From a bacterium (GTDB lineage: Bacteria; Zhuqueibacterota; Zhuqueibacteria; Oceanimicrobiales; Oceanimicrobiaceae): 64,000 nt of DNA. The stretch spans positions 17,855 through 81,854 of the forward strand of contig JBBIIG010000013.1 of assembly GCA_037446635.1 (NCBI GenBank). The letters are read 5' to 3'. How positions within the stretch are numbered: the first letter of the stretch is position 1; every line of letters starts with the position of its first letter. The notes under the pieces were generated by a model, which worked only from the letters and a program-made list of their open reading frames with translations, was not told the origin of the DNA and searched no databases. This document shows positions 8,379 to 18,189 of this stretch, in pieces. The position numbers and the translations under genes are program-made.

Positions 8379-10511
8379 TTACTTGTCAGAAGCCTGAGAT
8401 AGGCTGGCGGCTTGAATTCGGCGCAGCGTCGCCAGCAATTCATCAAGGTTTGGGAAACGCATTGCGGGTTCGCTGTGAGAGGCCTTGCCGATTAATTCTT
8501 CCCATTCGTTTTTTAACCGTGAATTTTGGACGCCGCCGTTTGCTGCCAGCGTTTTGTCAAGAATGACGCCGAGGGAAAAAATATCGCTGCGCTCGTCGCC
8601 GGTTTCGCCCGCTGCCATTTCCGGCGCGAGATATTTTGATAAATGCGCTTGACCGCGATTCGTAAAGTTATCGCAGAAAAAATCCGTTAGTTTTAAAATG
8701 CGGCCTTCGTTCACCCAAATATTTGATGGCTTGAGATTGAGATGATGAAGGCCGTGGCTGCGAGCGTAGAGCAGCGCGCGGACGATCCTCAGAAACAACT
8801 CCAACATCTCCCTATCGAAATCTTCCTCTGGAATTTTGATGTCGGTGATGGCCTGCCCCTCAATAAACTCGCGAACGAAGTAGATCATCCCGTCCTGCAC
8901 TCCAAGATCGAAGATGGTGGCAATATTCGGATGACTTAAGCGAGCGATCGCTCCCAGCGCATCGAACATTTTTTGTCTCTCGTCTCCCTCTTTCAAAAAC
9001 GGCCAGGCTTGCTGCGGCGGCATTATTTTGATAATCAACCTTCGTCGCAAACGGCGATCGGCGCCGAGAAATACAGCATGGTGCTCGTGGTTCGCCAACT
9101 GCTTTTCCAATAAAAATTCTGACAGCTTGTAAGGATGATCATCATCAACATAATCGAGGGGATTAAACCAAAAAACTTCAGCGATTTTTCTTTCATCGCC
9201 GGGTAGGAGTGCGCCATAAGTTTTTTCTTCAAATCTGATATTTGCGGCGCGCAGTTGCTGGTGTATTTGCTCATCGGCGATGAGCAGCAACCGGCTTGAG
9301 TTGGGTTTGTCAAATTTTGGATCTTCGACAACGTGCAGCAGATGCGTCGCGGCGGCGCAATCGTGAAGAACTTCGCCGCTTTTTCGCGAATTGGACGAGG
9401 CCACGATTCCACAATTTAAAGTGCTTTGGAAATCATCGGAGAAGCGGTTGTGCGCCGTGATATTTTTTAATAGTCGCTGCGCACACTCAATCTGTCGCAG
9501 TGGATCCGTTGCCAGACTGATGAACCCGCCGCCGATAAGCCGCACAACGCTAGCCGGCGGGTTCGACAGATTAGAAACCAACTCCTGAATTTTTTGCGGT
9601 TGGAGTGCAGCGCCTTGGATTTCCGCAACCAGAACGCTTTGCCAGCGATCGCAGTCTGCGAGGGGCTGATTGCACTGATCCCCCTGCGCCAGGAGGTTGA
9701 GAATTTCTATGTTGGGATCGAATTTGTTTAAGATGAAGCGTTCTTTGCGCGCGCCATTTTTGAGGCGGCTGAAATAATCTTCCATTGCCACCAGCCCGAG
9801 AATAAACTGGTATTCATCGGCATCCTCGTTCTCGCTCACGTTACTGTGGATGATTTCAGGCAGCGCCAGGCGCAGGGTTAAATAATCGCGCAAGCGGTCG
9901 AGGGATTCGTCGGGTGCGATTTGTTCCAATCCGTCGAGAATTAGGTTGACCATTTGGTCGTCGCCAATCTTCTGATTTTGGGAGATGGCCTGGTACGCGT
10001 GGGTTAAGGCCAATTCGATGGTAACATCGCCTCCGTTGTTGTTTTCAATCTCGCGCAGCCGAAGCAGCGCCTCTTCAAACTCCCCGCGCCGCCATAATTT
10101 TTCCAACTCAGCGCGATCGAAATTTTTCAGAGGGGTAGGCGATGGCAACGCCGCCGCACCGGTGGCGTCGGAGGGAAAAATGATTTTGCGGATGGCGTTA
10201 GCCCTGTCGCCCCCCAAAACATCGAACTGTGAAAAAAGCTCGGCGAGTCCGTTTCGCAATGCTACCGAATTTGGATTGAGCGCTGCGGCTTTTTCATACA
10301 ATTTCAACACCGGCTCGGAAACGTCTTGCAGGGCGATCGCCGCCAGCGCCGCCTGCAGCGCGGCCTCCGAATGTTCGCCATCTATTTCTAAGAACTGTTG
10401 AAATTTCTCCAGCGCTTGCGAATATTGCTGGCGTTCGAAGTAAGCTTTGCCGAGCGCCATTAATAGTTGCTGAATTTTACCGAGCGCGTTGTCAGGTTCG
10501 ATCTGGGTCAT
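8379..10511 (-). CDS. TPR + degenerate class III cyclase-like domain + Ser/Thr pseudokinase
   Basis: N-terminal TPRs. Kinase fold LSHPNIATIFD, HLNLKPSN, LTDFF, YLAPE, SDIFSLG. Lacks the G-loop and catalytic Asp. Confidence 0.8.
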   Translation of the reverse strand: MTQIEPDNALGKIQQLLMALGKAYFERQQYSQALEKFQQFLEIDGEHSEAALQAALAAIALQDVSEPVLKLYEKAAALNPNSVALRNGLAELFSQFDVLGGDRANAIRKIIFPSDATGAAALPSPTPLKNFDRAELEKLWRRGEFEEALLRLREIENNNGGDVTIELALTHAYQAISQNQKIGDDQMVNLILDGLEQIAPDESLDRLRDYLTLRLALPEIIHSNVSENEDADEYQFILGLVAMEDYFSRLKNGARKERFILNKFDPNIEILNLLAQGDQCNQPLADCDRWQSVLVAEIQGAALQPQKIQELVSNLSNPPASVVRLIGGGFISLATDPLRQIECAQRLLKNITAHNRFSDDFQSTLNCGIVASSNSRKSGEVLHDCAAATHLLHVVEDPKFDKPNSSRLLLIADEQIHQQLRAANIRFEEKTYGALLPGDERKIAEVFWFNPLDYVDDDHPYKLSEFLLEKQLANHEHHAVFLGADRRLRRRLIIKIMPPQQAWPFLKEGDERQKMFDALGAIARLSHPNIATIFDLGVQDGMIYFVREFIEGQAITDIKIPEEDFDREMLELFLRIVRALLYARSHGLHHLNLKPSNIWVNEGRILKLTDFFCDNFTNRGQAHLSKYLAPEMAAGETGDERSDIFSLGVILDKTLAANGGVQNSRLKNEWEELIGKASHSEPAMRFPNLDELLATLRRIQAASLSQASDK

Positions 10512-10533
10512 TCAACCTCGACGGAAAAATTAT

Positions 10534-11649
10534 TCAGGATTTGTTTTGCTCGAGCTTCAACGCGCTTTCCAAAACCAGGTTGCTTTGGGTTGTCTGGCGG
10601 CTCGCCGCCGGTGGTTCTGCGGACGCTGTCGCGGCGCGGTAGATCAGCAAAGCCACTACGGTGAAAATGATGACGATCATGATCTTTAAAAGAGTTTTTT
10701 TTCGGCTGATTTTTTTCTTTTCCGTGGACGCTTGATAAATGGTTTTCACCGCTTGATCGAGATATGAGGTGACCTCCGGCGTTTCATCTAAGATGGTTTG
10801 CTTGTGGGCGGAGTAGGGCGCCGCTGGCTCGTTCCCAGAAATGTAGATGAGTCCGCCGGTGATGTTGTCTGAGCCATCGACCCGTTTGGCGTTGCGAATC
10901 AAACTGCTGATTTTATTTTGCAGCGAGCCGTGAAATTGGCGGAGCTCGCTTTGAATAAAATCCTCGGATAAGGCGTTATACAGACCGTCGGAGCAAATGA
11001 GGTAGAGGTCCTCATTGAGCAAGCTTTCGATGTACAGATCGATTTTAACGGTTGGCGCCAAACCCAGGGCGCGCGTGAGAACATTTTTTTTCTGGAAAAT
11101 TTTGATTTGCTCCTCGCCAATCTCTTTGTCTTCGATGAGCTCGTTCAGCCAGGAGTGATCGCGGGTGAGGCAGACAAGCCGGCCGTCGCGCAGGCGATAG
11201 ACGCGAGTGTCGCCCACGTGCGCGATGATAATTTTTCCGTTGTCCAGCGTAACGGCGCTGATGGTTGTGCCCATGCCGCGGGCGGCGGCATCGTGCGCGG
11301 CAGCATACAAAACCCGGCGATTGGCCAATCGGATGGCCGCGATCAATTTTTTAGCGGCCGGTGGAATTTCTGTTTTTAAATCGGGACATGCTTTAGTGAG
11401 ATCAAAAAATTTGTTTTGTACCACGAGGTTGCGCAGGGTCTCGTTGGCAAGCATCACGTCGCGGAGGGTTTCCGCGGCGATTTGGCTCGCTAGCGCGCCT
11501 TTGCGGTGCCCACCCATGCCGTCGCAAACCACGAAAAATTGTTTGGGCTGCGAGAAAAAAAAGAAATCCTCGTTTTGCTCGCGCACGGTTCCGACGTCGC
11601 TGTCGGCCGCCATGAGGACTTGTTCGTCGATGTGTGTCTCAGCGATCAT
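10534..11649 (-). CDS. PP2C-family Ser/Thr phosphatase (Stp1/PrpC-like) with C-terminal TM helix
   Basis: REQNED, CDGMGGH, HVGDTR, CSDGL and DNIT motifs. Confidence 0.92.
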   Translation of the reverse strand: MIAETHIDEQVLMAADSDVGTVREQNEDFFFFSQPKQFFVVCDGMGGHRKGALASQIAAETLRDVMLANETLRNLVVQNKFFDLTKACPDLKTEIPPAAKKLIAAIRLANRRVLYAAAHDAAARGMGTTISAVTLDNGKIIIAHVGDTRVYRLRDGRLVCLTRDHSWLNELIEDKEIGEEQIKIFQKKNVLTRALGLAPTVKIDLYIESLLNEDLYLICSDGLYNALSEDFIQSELRQFHGSLQNKISSLIRNAKRVDGSDNITGGLIYISGNEPAAPYSAHKQTILDETPEVTSYLDQAVKTIYQASTEKKKISRKKTLLKIMIVIIFTVVALLIYRAATASAEPPAASRQTTQSNLVLESALKLEQNKS

Positions 11650-14044
11650 AAATCCTTCGGCGCCTCCATTGCGCCCAAAATGTTGCCGCACCGGTTCCAA
11701 TAAACATTAGCAAACCCATCGCGATGGCAACATCGGCTTTGAACGTTGGCGGTAGCGGGGAGGTCTGCACCAGCGTAAGACTGCTCTGGCCATATTTTTG
11801 TCCCCACAAAACGCTTGCCGGTGGAATTTTACTGTTGGATTGAAACTGATAAACCAAGCCAGCTTTGTTGGCCAGAAAAAGATCGAGGCGGCCGTCTTTG
11901 CTTAAATCTGCCACCAGTGGCTGGTGGAAATTATTAAACGGCAAGGGTTCTGGGGGCAGCAGCTCCTCGCCGTTCCGGCCATCGAGAACTTTGAGTTTTG
12001 CCGCCTCCACAAACGTCACATCAGTCAGGCCGTCTTTGTTGACATCCACCGCCGCTAAGTCGGGGAACGGAGGAGCCGTCTGTTCCAACTCGGTGCGCCA
12101 AATGATTTTTGGCTGCTGCTCATCGCCGGCGCCGCAATACGCGCGAATTTCACCGAGGCTGGTGCAGGAGACCACGTCCGGGCGCGCGTCGCCATCGAAA
12201 TGGCCAAACGCGAACGGCAGGGTTGGGCCGCCATTTAGGGTCAGCTCATCGGTGAACACCTCGAACCACAGTCGGCTGTTGGCGGCGCCGTCGATGGCGA
12301 GGATGCGGCCCTGAAGCGTGGTGACGACGTAGTCGAGTATTTTGTCGCCGGTGAGATCCGCGGTTCCCACGGGATGGCGAATTTGATTGTCTTCGAAAAA
12401 CGTTCCGCGCGCTCGATTTAGCTCTTCATTGACGTCGATGGTTTTGGCGATTTTGCGCTCGTGCCCATCGATAATCAAAACCAGCCCACGTTCCGTTCCC
12501 ACCAACAACTGGCGCCGGCCCCGGCCATTATTTTGAAGTTCCGCGCTGGCGAGAGGACATTGCAGCGAAATCTCGGTTGCCATTTGGAACCACTCCATTT
12601 CCGTTACACGATTGTAGCCCAGATGCAACACGCCTTCGGAATTGACAATTGCCACGTCGTTCAAGTCATCGCCGTCGAGATCGTCCACCAGCGCCGGGCC
12701 AATGAGTTGGCCGGTTAAAACGGGACTCATCCAGATTTCCGCGCCATGCAGGCCGTCGATGGCGGCCAGCCGGCCGTCGCTGGTGATGTAAACAAGATCG
12801 GCATTGCCGTCCTGGTTGATGTCGGCGCACGCAAACGGCAAGCGCGGATCGGCCGGCGCCGTGTCGATGATCCATTTCGGCTGTTTCGATTCGCCGTCAA
12901 TGAGCAGCGGCTTGTGGCTGATGTTGGTGGTGATGATATCGACAAAACCGTCGCGATTGCAATCGGCGGCGGCCGCAGGTTGTGGGGCAAGCGCGGCGGA
13001 CTGGCCCTGGTCAGTCGAAGGCAAGGCGCCGCTTTCCTCCGCGCCCCAACGCGAAAGCTCGAGGGTGAAGGGCTGTGGTTTTTGAGTGATCAGGCGGCGT
13101 TCCAAAAATCCACTTGTCAACAAGAAGATGCCGAGAATCAGCACCGCTGTCGCCAGTGCACGTCTGAAATGGGTTTGATAGCGAACCCACCACACGCCCG
13201 CGCGTTTGGGCGGACTGAAATCAAGTTTGTCTTCGCAGCAAAAACGAAAAATGGTGCTCTGCTGATCGCTGACAATTTCAAGCTCGTCGCCCGGGAAAAT
13301 TTCCACATCGTCGTCCACCGGCACGATGAGCTGATTCACGTGCGTGCGCGTCTTGCTGCGTTTGTCGCGCACAAAAAATGAGTTGTTTTGAAAATAAACG
13401 GTGGCGTGCCGCCGCGAAATGCTTTGATCGGTTTCGCCTTTGGGATTCTTTTGCAGGACGATATCGTTGAGTTTTTCGTCGCGGCCAATTTTGGTTTCCC
13501 CGCAGCGCAGTTGATAGCGTTTGCCTCTATACGGACCATAAATTGCGATCAGGTAGTACGGAGTTCCGTCGGTTTCGGTTTTCTTTAAAGTTTGCAGCGC
13601 GATGGAGTTTTCTGTTTCGGCGTTTGCGATGGCCGGCGGCGGCGACGCCGCGCCGGCGTGGGGGTATGATGAGTGCGGGAGCGGGGATTCCCAAAAAGGC
13701 GCTGGGGTTTCATCAGGCGGTTCAGCTTGCACCCACGCCATCTCCAGCGGCGACTGCTCGAAGACGATGGCATGTGCGCCAAGTTGGATGAGATCGCCGT
13801 TTTTGAGCGCCGCGATGTCTTCAATTTTTTGGCCATTCAAATAGGTGCCGAAGGCGCTGTTCAAATCGCGGATGAAATAGCCCCGGCTGCGGCGCTCGAT
13901 GCTGGCGTGGGTCATCGAAACCAGTTTGTCGTGGATCACGATGTTGTTGAATTTATCAGAACCGATAGTGCACGAGTTTTGAGTGGATTTCATGGTGAAC
14001 TCGTCAAGGACTTCCGCTTTCTTTTTCAAGATCAATTTTGGCAT
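11639..14044 (-). CDS. FHA-FHA-TM-FG-GAP/beta-propeller-TM membrane protein
   Basis: Two FHA domains (IGS..VSMTHA; IGR..ISRRHA). Multiple DxNxDGxxD repeats. Two hydrophobic helices. Confidence 0.85.
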   Translation of the reverse strand: MPKLILKKKAEVLDEFTMKSTQNSCTIGSDKFNNIVIHDKLVSMTHASIERRSRGYFIRDLNSAFGTYLNGQKIEDIAALKNGDLIQLGAHAIVFEQSPLEMAWVQAEPPDETPAPFWESPLPHSSYPHAGAASPPPAIANAETENSIALQTLKKTETDGTPYYLIAIYGPYRGKRYQLRCGETKIGRDEKLNDIVLQKNPKGETDQSISRRHATVYFQNNSFFVRDKRSKTRTHVNQLIVPVDDDVEIFPGDELEIVSDQQSTIFRFCCEDKLDFSPPKRAGVWWVRYQTHFRRALATAVLILGIFLLTSGFLERRLITQKPQPFTLELSRWGAEESGALPSTDQGQSAALAPQPAAAADCNRDGFVDIITTNISHKPLLIDGESKQPKWIIDTAPADPRLPFACADINQDGNADLVYITSDGRLAAIDGLHGAEIWMSPVLTGQLIGPALVDDLDGDDLNDVAIVNSEGVLHLGYNRVTEMEWFQMATEISLQCPLASAELQNNGRGRRQLLVGTERGLVLIIDGHERKIAKTIDVNEELNRARGTFFEDNQIRHPVGTADLTGDKILDYVVTTLQGRILAIDGAANSRLWFEVFTDELTLNGGPTLPFAFGHFDGDARPDVVSCTSLGEIRAYCGAGDEQQPKIIWRTELEQTAPPFPDLAAVDVNKDGLTDVTFVEAAKLKVLDGRNGEELLPPEPLPFNNFHQPLVADLSKDGRLDLFLANKAGLVYQFQSNSKIPPASVLWGQKYGQSSLTLVQTSPLPPTFKADVAIAMGLLMFIGTGAATFWAQWRRRRIYDR

Positions 14045-14076
14045 CGGGCCTCCTTTTGAAACTCAAGGAAATGGAT

Positions 14077-16614
14077 TCACCGGGCCAGGGTCAGGCGAAA
14101 GGTCAAACGATTTTCCTGATCGCTGCGCACGCGCAGCATTTTGACCTGTTCCTGATACCCCTCTTTCACAAGCGTAATTTCATAGAAACCGGGCATGAGC
14201 CGCACCTCCAATTGGCCCGCGGCGTCGGTGACTCCCAACACGGCGGCGCCGTTGGCCGCGCGATCTTCGCGGTACAAGATTTTCGCCGATTGGATGGGAT
14301 CGCTGGTGATAGCGTCCAGCGCCTTTATGGTCGCTGGAGTAAGTGAAGGATGCATCCTCGCAATCACCGTGGTCTCGCTCGGCGGGATTTCGACGAAGGT
14401 TTCGAGGTAACCCTCTTTGCGCAACTTTGCGGTGTAGGTCCTCGGCAGCAATTCCACTTCTGCCGGCGTTTTAATGTTATAAACAATGGTTTTGCGGTTT
14501 ACCGTCAGTTCCACCAGCTCTGCCTCGAGCTCGGGTTCGTCGGGCGCGCCGGCGTCGTGCGTGACGAGTTTGACCATTCGCCCCAACTCATGATGGATGC
14601 GGCTCGGCGTCGATTCGTTGACGTGCACCGTAAAGCTGCGCGGCAGGTAGCCCGTTTTGCTGAGGGTGATGTGATGTTCGCCCATTTTCAAAAACAGCTC
14701 GCCATTGAGCCCGGTGACGCCCACTGGTTTCGGGCTGTGGTCGAGGTAAATATCCGCGCGTTCGGGGTTGGAGGAAATGGCGACGCTTTTATGAAACGTG
14801 CCTTTGATGTTGAACTGCGCTTTTCCGCGAACGATTTTCTCGACGTTCCAAAAGCGGCGATCTTCGATGAATTCTTTGCCTTGAATCGTGTTGACGCGTA
14901 AGCCGCTCAAACGCGGCAGTCCGGGCAACTCCAGCTCGATCGTCAGCGGTTTTTCTGAGACTTCCCAAAAAATTGTGGCCGGCGTTTTGTGATTGGTTTT
15001 GACGCCGTCAAAAAGGATCTCCGCGCCCGCTGGTTCTGAGGCAATTTCAAATTGATTTTTGAAACGAAAAATGTAGGGCTGGCTGGCGTGGCGCTGGCTT
15101 TCGCCGGCGACGCGAACGCCGCCGGCGCGCGGCACGGTGATCGCTTTCACAATGGGCTCGAACTGCGGCAGGGTGAGCTTCAGTTTGTGCACCCCCGGCG
15201 TAATTTTTTCCAAACGCAGCGGCGTGGTCGCGTTTACCATCTCGTCGTCGAGGTAAACTTGCGCACCCGCGGGAACGGAAACAATTTTGATGGCCGGGGG
15301 GAAAAGAAAATCATAAATACCGGCGCCGACTTTCGTGAAATGCGCCAACGTATCCACCGCCGCTAAAAGCAGCGCGAGCAGGAGCAGGCCCAGCGCGCCC
15401 AGCGTAACCGCCTTGCGGTGCGTGCGCGACGAAAGCCGAATCACGTCGATAATCGTTCGCTGGCCGTCCTCTTCGCTTTCTTCTATGATGCTATAAAATC
15501 GCGAGGCATAGTCTTTCGCTGCCGATGGTTCCAAAATTTCGAGCGCGGTCGAGTCTTGCGCGCCGGGCCAGTGGCTGTTTGAGTTTAAGGTTTCCGCAGG
15601 GGTTGGTTGCCCCACGTTCATTTCCACCAATCCCTGTTCGCGCTGCTCCACTTCCGATGAGACCCACTGCGTTTCGCTTTCGGGATTTTTGATGTAGTCC
15701 AATTTTTGGATGAATTGAGCGAGCTCGCCCATCAAATCCGCGGCCGGCGCGGCGAGTTGCAGATAACTCATCAAATCTTTGTAAAAGGCGCCAGCGTCGG
15801 GGTAACGATTTTTGGGATGATATTCCAGCGCCCGCCGCAGCGGGCCCCGGAGTTTTTCGGGAATGTTTTCGGAGTCGAAGCGAATCACATCCCAACCGCC
15901 GGCGACCAGCGTCTCCAAAATTTCCCGCGGCTGGCGCGCGGGGATCAGCCGCTCGCCGGTGAGAATTTCAAACAGGATCGCCGCGCTGGAAAAAATATCG
16001 CAGCGCCCATCGAGAACGGCCGCGCCGTTGACTTGTTCGGGCGCCAGGTAATGAATGTTGCCTTGCACGAACACCTGATTGCCAATCTTGCTCTGCTGCC
16101 GGCGCAGGTCGGCCATCCCAAAGTCGATGATTTTCACTTCCCCCGAGCGCATAATCATGATATTGACCGGCGAAATATCCTGGTGGACGATGTTCATCGG
16201 CTCGCCGCGCAAACTATCGCAGCGATGGTGCGCGTAATCGAGGCCGGCGCACACTTCGGCGATGATGTACACCCCAAGATGTTTTGGAATGGCGACTTGA
16301 TGGCGGCGCGCCGCCAAAAGCACGCTCAACAAATCCGGGCCATCGATGAACTCCATAATGATGAACAATTGATTGGCGGCGCCGCGCTGGATGTCATAGA
16401 TTTGGACGATGTTATGGTGGTTGAGCTGCGCGATGCTCATGGCCTCGCGTTGGAACATATCGATGTAACGAGCCTCGGACAAAAACTGCGGGTCAATGGA
16501 TTTGATGGCCACCGTTTTCCCGAGCCGGCGATCGCGGCCTTTGTAAATGACGCCAAAGCCGCCGCGTTTGATTTCGTGGAGAATCTCGTACTTGTCGCTA
16601 ATCTCAACGTTCAT
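14077..16614 (-). CDS. Hanks-type Ser/Thr kinase with TM helix and extracytoplasmic PEGA repeats
   Basis: GGFGVIY, VAIK, HQDISPVN, DFG and APE motifs. PEGA units SVPAGAQVYLD, SEPAGAEILFDG, SNPERADIYLD. Alternative start 16656. Confidence 0.92.
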   Translation of the reverse strand: MNVEISDKYEILHEIKRGGFGVIYKGRDRRLGKTVAIKSIDPQFLSEARYIDMFQREAMSIAQLNHHNIVQIYDIQRGAANQLFIIMEFIDGPDLLSVLLAARRHQVAIPKHLGVYIIAEVCAGLDYAHHRCDSLRGEPMNIVHQDISPVNIMIMRSGEVKIIDFGMADLRRQQSKIGNQVFVQGNIHYLAPEQVNGAAVLDGRCDIFSSAAILFEILTGERLIPARQPREILETLVAGGWDVIRFDSENIPEKLRGPLRRALEYHPKNRYPDAGAFYKDLMSYLQLAAPAADLMGELAQFIQKLDYIKNPESETQWVSSEVEQREQGLVEMNVGQPTPAETLNSNSHWPGAQDSTALEILEPSAAKDYASRFYSIIEESEEDGQRTIIDVIRLSSRTHRKAVTLGALGLLLLALLLAAVDTLAHFTKVGAGIYDFLFPPAIKIVSVPAGAQVYLDDEMVNATTPLRLEKITPGVHKLKLTLPQFEPIVKAITVPRAGGVRVAGESQRHASQPYIFRFKNQFEIASEPAGAEILFDGVKTNHKTPATIFWEVSEKPLTIELELPGLPRLSGLRVNTIQGKEFIEDRRFWNVEKIVRGKAQFNIKGTFHKSVAISSNPERADIYLDHSPKPVGVTGLNGELFLKMGEHHITLSKTGYLPRSFTVHVNESTPSRIHHELGRMVKLVTHDAGAPDEPELEAELVELTVNRKTIVYNIKTPAEVELLPRTYTAKLRKEGYLETFVEIPPSETTVIARMHPSLTPATIKALDAITSDPIQSAKILYREDRAANGAAVLGVTDAAGQLEVRLMPGFYEITLVKEGYQEQVKMLRVRSDQENRLTFRLTLAR

Positions 16615-16976
16615 GTCGATCTCGAATCTCCTTCCGGCCAAAAAGGAATGCCGCAATCAGCGAATTTGCAAGTGGCAACTCCCAGTGAAGTCTTTGCAAA
16701 ACGACTCACACCAGGATGCCAATTCGCTAAGGTTCGTAAAAAATTTTAGCGGTATCTTGCGTCTCTGCGTACGTTCTTTTGGGTATCGGCTCGCCTGCCT
16801 GTCCGTGTTAGGGTATATTTGGTTTGAATCAGTTATTTTATAGATGAAAAAGAGAGGGATTGCTGAAAACTTTTTGAGTTAGGCAGAAATTTAGAGAAAA
16901 TTTTTACGCATAAGGCGCGTCTTATGGCTAAATTGCTAAGTTGAGGGTCAGAATAAATCATCGAACAAACGGGATA

Positions 16977-17972
16977 ATGGCAATGGTTGCTCGGATTGTT
17001 TTATCTTTTTTGATCACGCAACTGATCGCTGCTGATTTGACAAGCGCCCAGAGCGGCACGCCGGCGAGCAAAAAGTTCAAAGAGAAGTGCTGGTCCAAAG
17101 ACGACGACTCCACTCTGTTAGGTTTGATGGAGAAGGTGACCAAAAAGCCGCTGGAGCAAATTTACGTCAACAACGATTATATCCAGACGTTTGGCTGCGC
17201 GTACGAAGACGATGATATCGAAGAAAACTCCATTCGCGCGGTGTTTCGCGCCATCGACCAATCGCTGCGCAACCGCCGCATTACCGCACGCGACAACGTC
17301 CTGGGCCTGCTGCGCTCGCATCCTCCCCGGCCAGATAATTTAACCCGGGATTATACCCTCTACGTCAACCTCGTGAAAAATGAAAAAGTCCAGCAAGCGC
17401 GCTATGAGGTGAAAATTTTGGATCTGGAAATGGCGCCGACCTTTGAGTCGCGACGCGCCGTTTGGACGCGGGTGATTACTCGTTATGCGTATCAGGAAGA
17501 TTTTAAAAATGCCCCGATCCCGCAAAACAATCTTTCCGAGTTCGTGCAGGTGATGGAATTGGCGGAACAAATTTTAGAAGCCGCCGGCAAAGGTAATTTC
17601 AAGGAAGTGAATGAAATGATCGCCAGCACCAAAAAGCCGACCTTTCACCCCACCGACATCCGCGATTTGGTTTTTGGAGATTTCCTGACCTTGTTTTCAG
17701 AAAAAGATCCGACGTTAGGAGAGATTCCCGCCATTTACATCGGCAAGGGCATCTTCATCGCCAAGATTCCCAAATTCGGATCAACGATTTTAAAGTTTGG
17801 TGAGGAGCGGTTGTTCGGTTTGAGGTTAGACACCAGTATGTTTCATCGCGCCAGCAGCTTGTTTGTCAATCTGCAGTATCAAGGCCCGGAGTCGGTGCTG
17901 CAGTGCGTCTTGCTGCGATTCGGCCACAAAAAGCCGCTCTATCTTCCCGATTTGGCCAGCGACAGCCGTTGA
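16977..17972 (+). CDS. Hypothetical exported protein
   Basis: Long ORF with signal-peptide-like N-terminus (ARIVLSFLITQLIAADLTSAQ). Start uncertain (16941, 16977 or 16983). Confidence 0.75.
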   Translation: MAMVARIVLSFLITQLIAADLTSAQSGTPASKKFKEKCWSKDDDSTLLGLMEKVTKKPLEQIYVNNDYIQTFGCAYEDDDIEENSIRAVFRAIDQSLRNRRITARDNVLGLLRSHPPRPDNLTRDYTLYVNLVKNEKVQQARYEVKILDLEMAPTFESRRAVWTRVITRYAYQEDFKNAPIPQNNLSEFVQVMELAEQILEAAGKGNFKEVNEMIASTKKPTFHPTDIRDLVFGDFLTLFSEKDPTLGEIPAIYIGKGIFIAKIPKFGSTILKFGEERLFGLRLDTSMFHRASSLFVNLQYQGPESVLQCVLLRFGHKKPLYLPDLASDSR

Positions 17973-18102
17973 GTTGTTTTGGTGTGTTCAATCGCTGTTC
18001 CAATATGGATCAAAAAATACAGCAGCGACTTAAACGAATCGGATTCCCCTAACTTCAAGGGAATCAGCTCAGAATATATCCGGGGAAAATTTTTGAGGAG
18101 GC

Positions 18103-18117
18103 TGGCACGGGGTTTGT
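18103..18117 (+). promoter_or_regulatory. Candidate sigma54 (-24/-12) promoter
   Basis: TGGCACG-N4-TTGT, with GT instead of GC at -12, about 70 bp upstream of ORF 18190. Confidence 0.35.
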
Positions 18118-18189
18118 GAAATGCTGGCTTCGACTTGCGCCAGTGTACAACTCAGAATTACTAACCAATCATGCTAAGCATCTAAGCAC

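Noticed and set aside
8379..16656. Type VI secretion locus
   Set aside because: Kinase, PP2C and FHA genes are present, but no Hcp, VgrG, TssB/C or ClpV genes are in the window.
15706..16749. 347-aa plus-strand ORF
   Set aside because: Antisense shadow of the kinase domain; no motifs.
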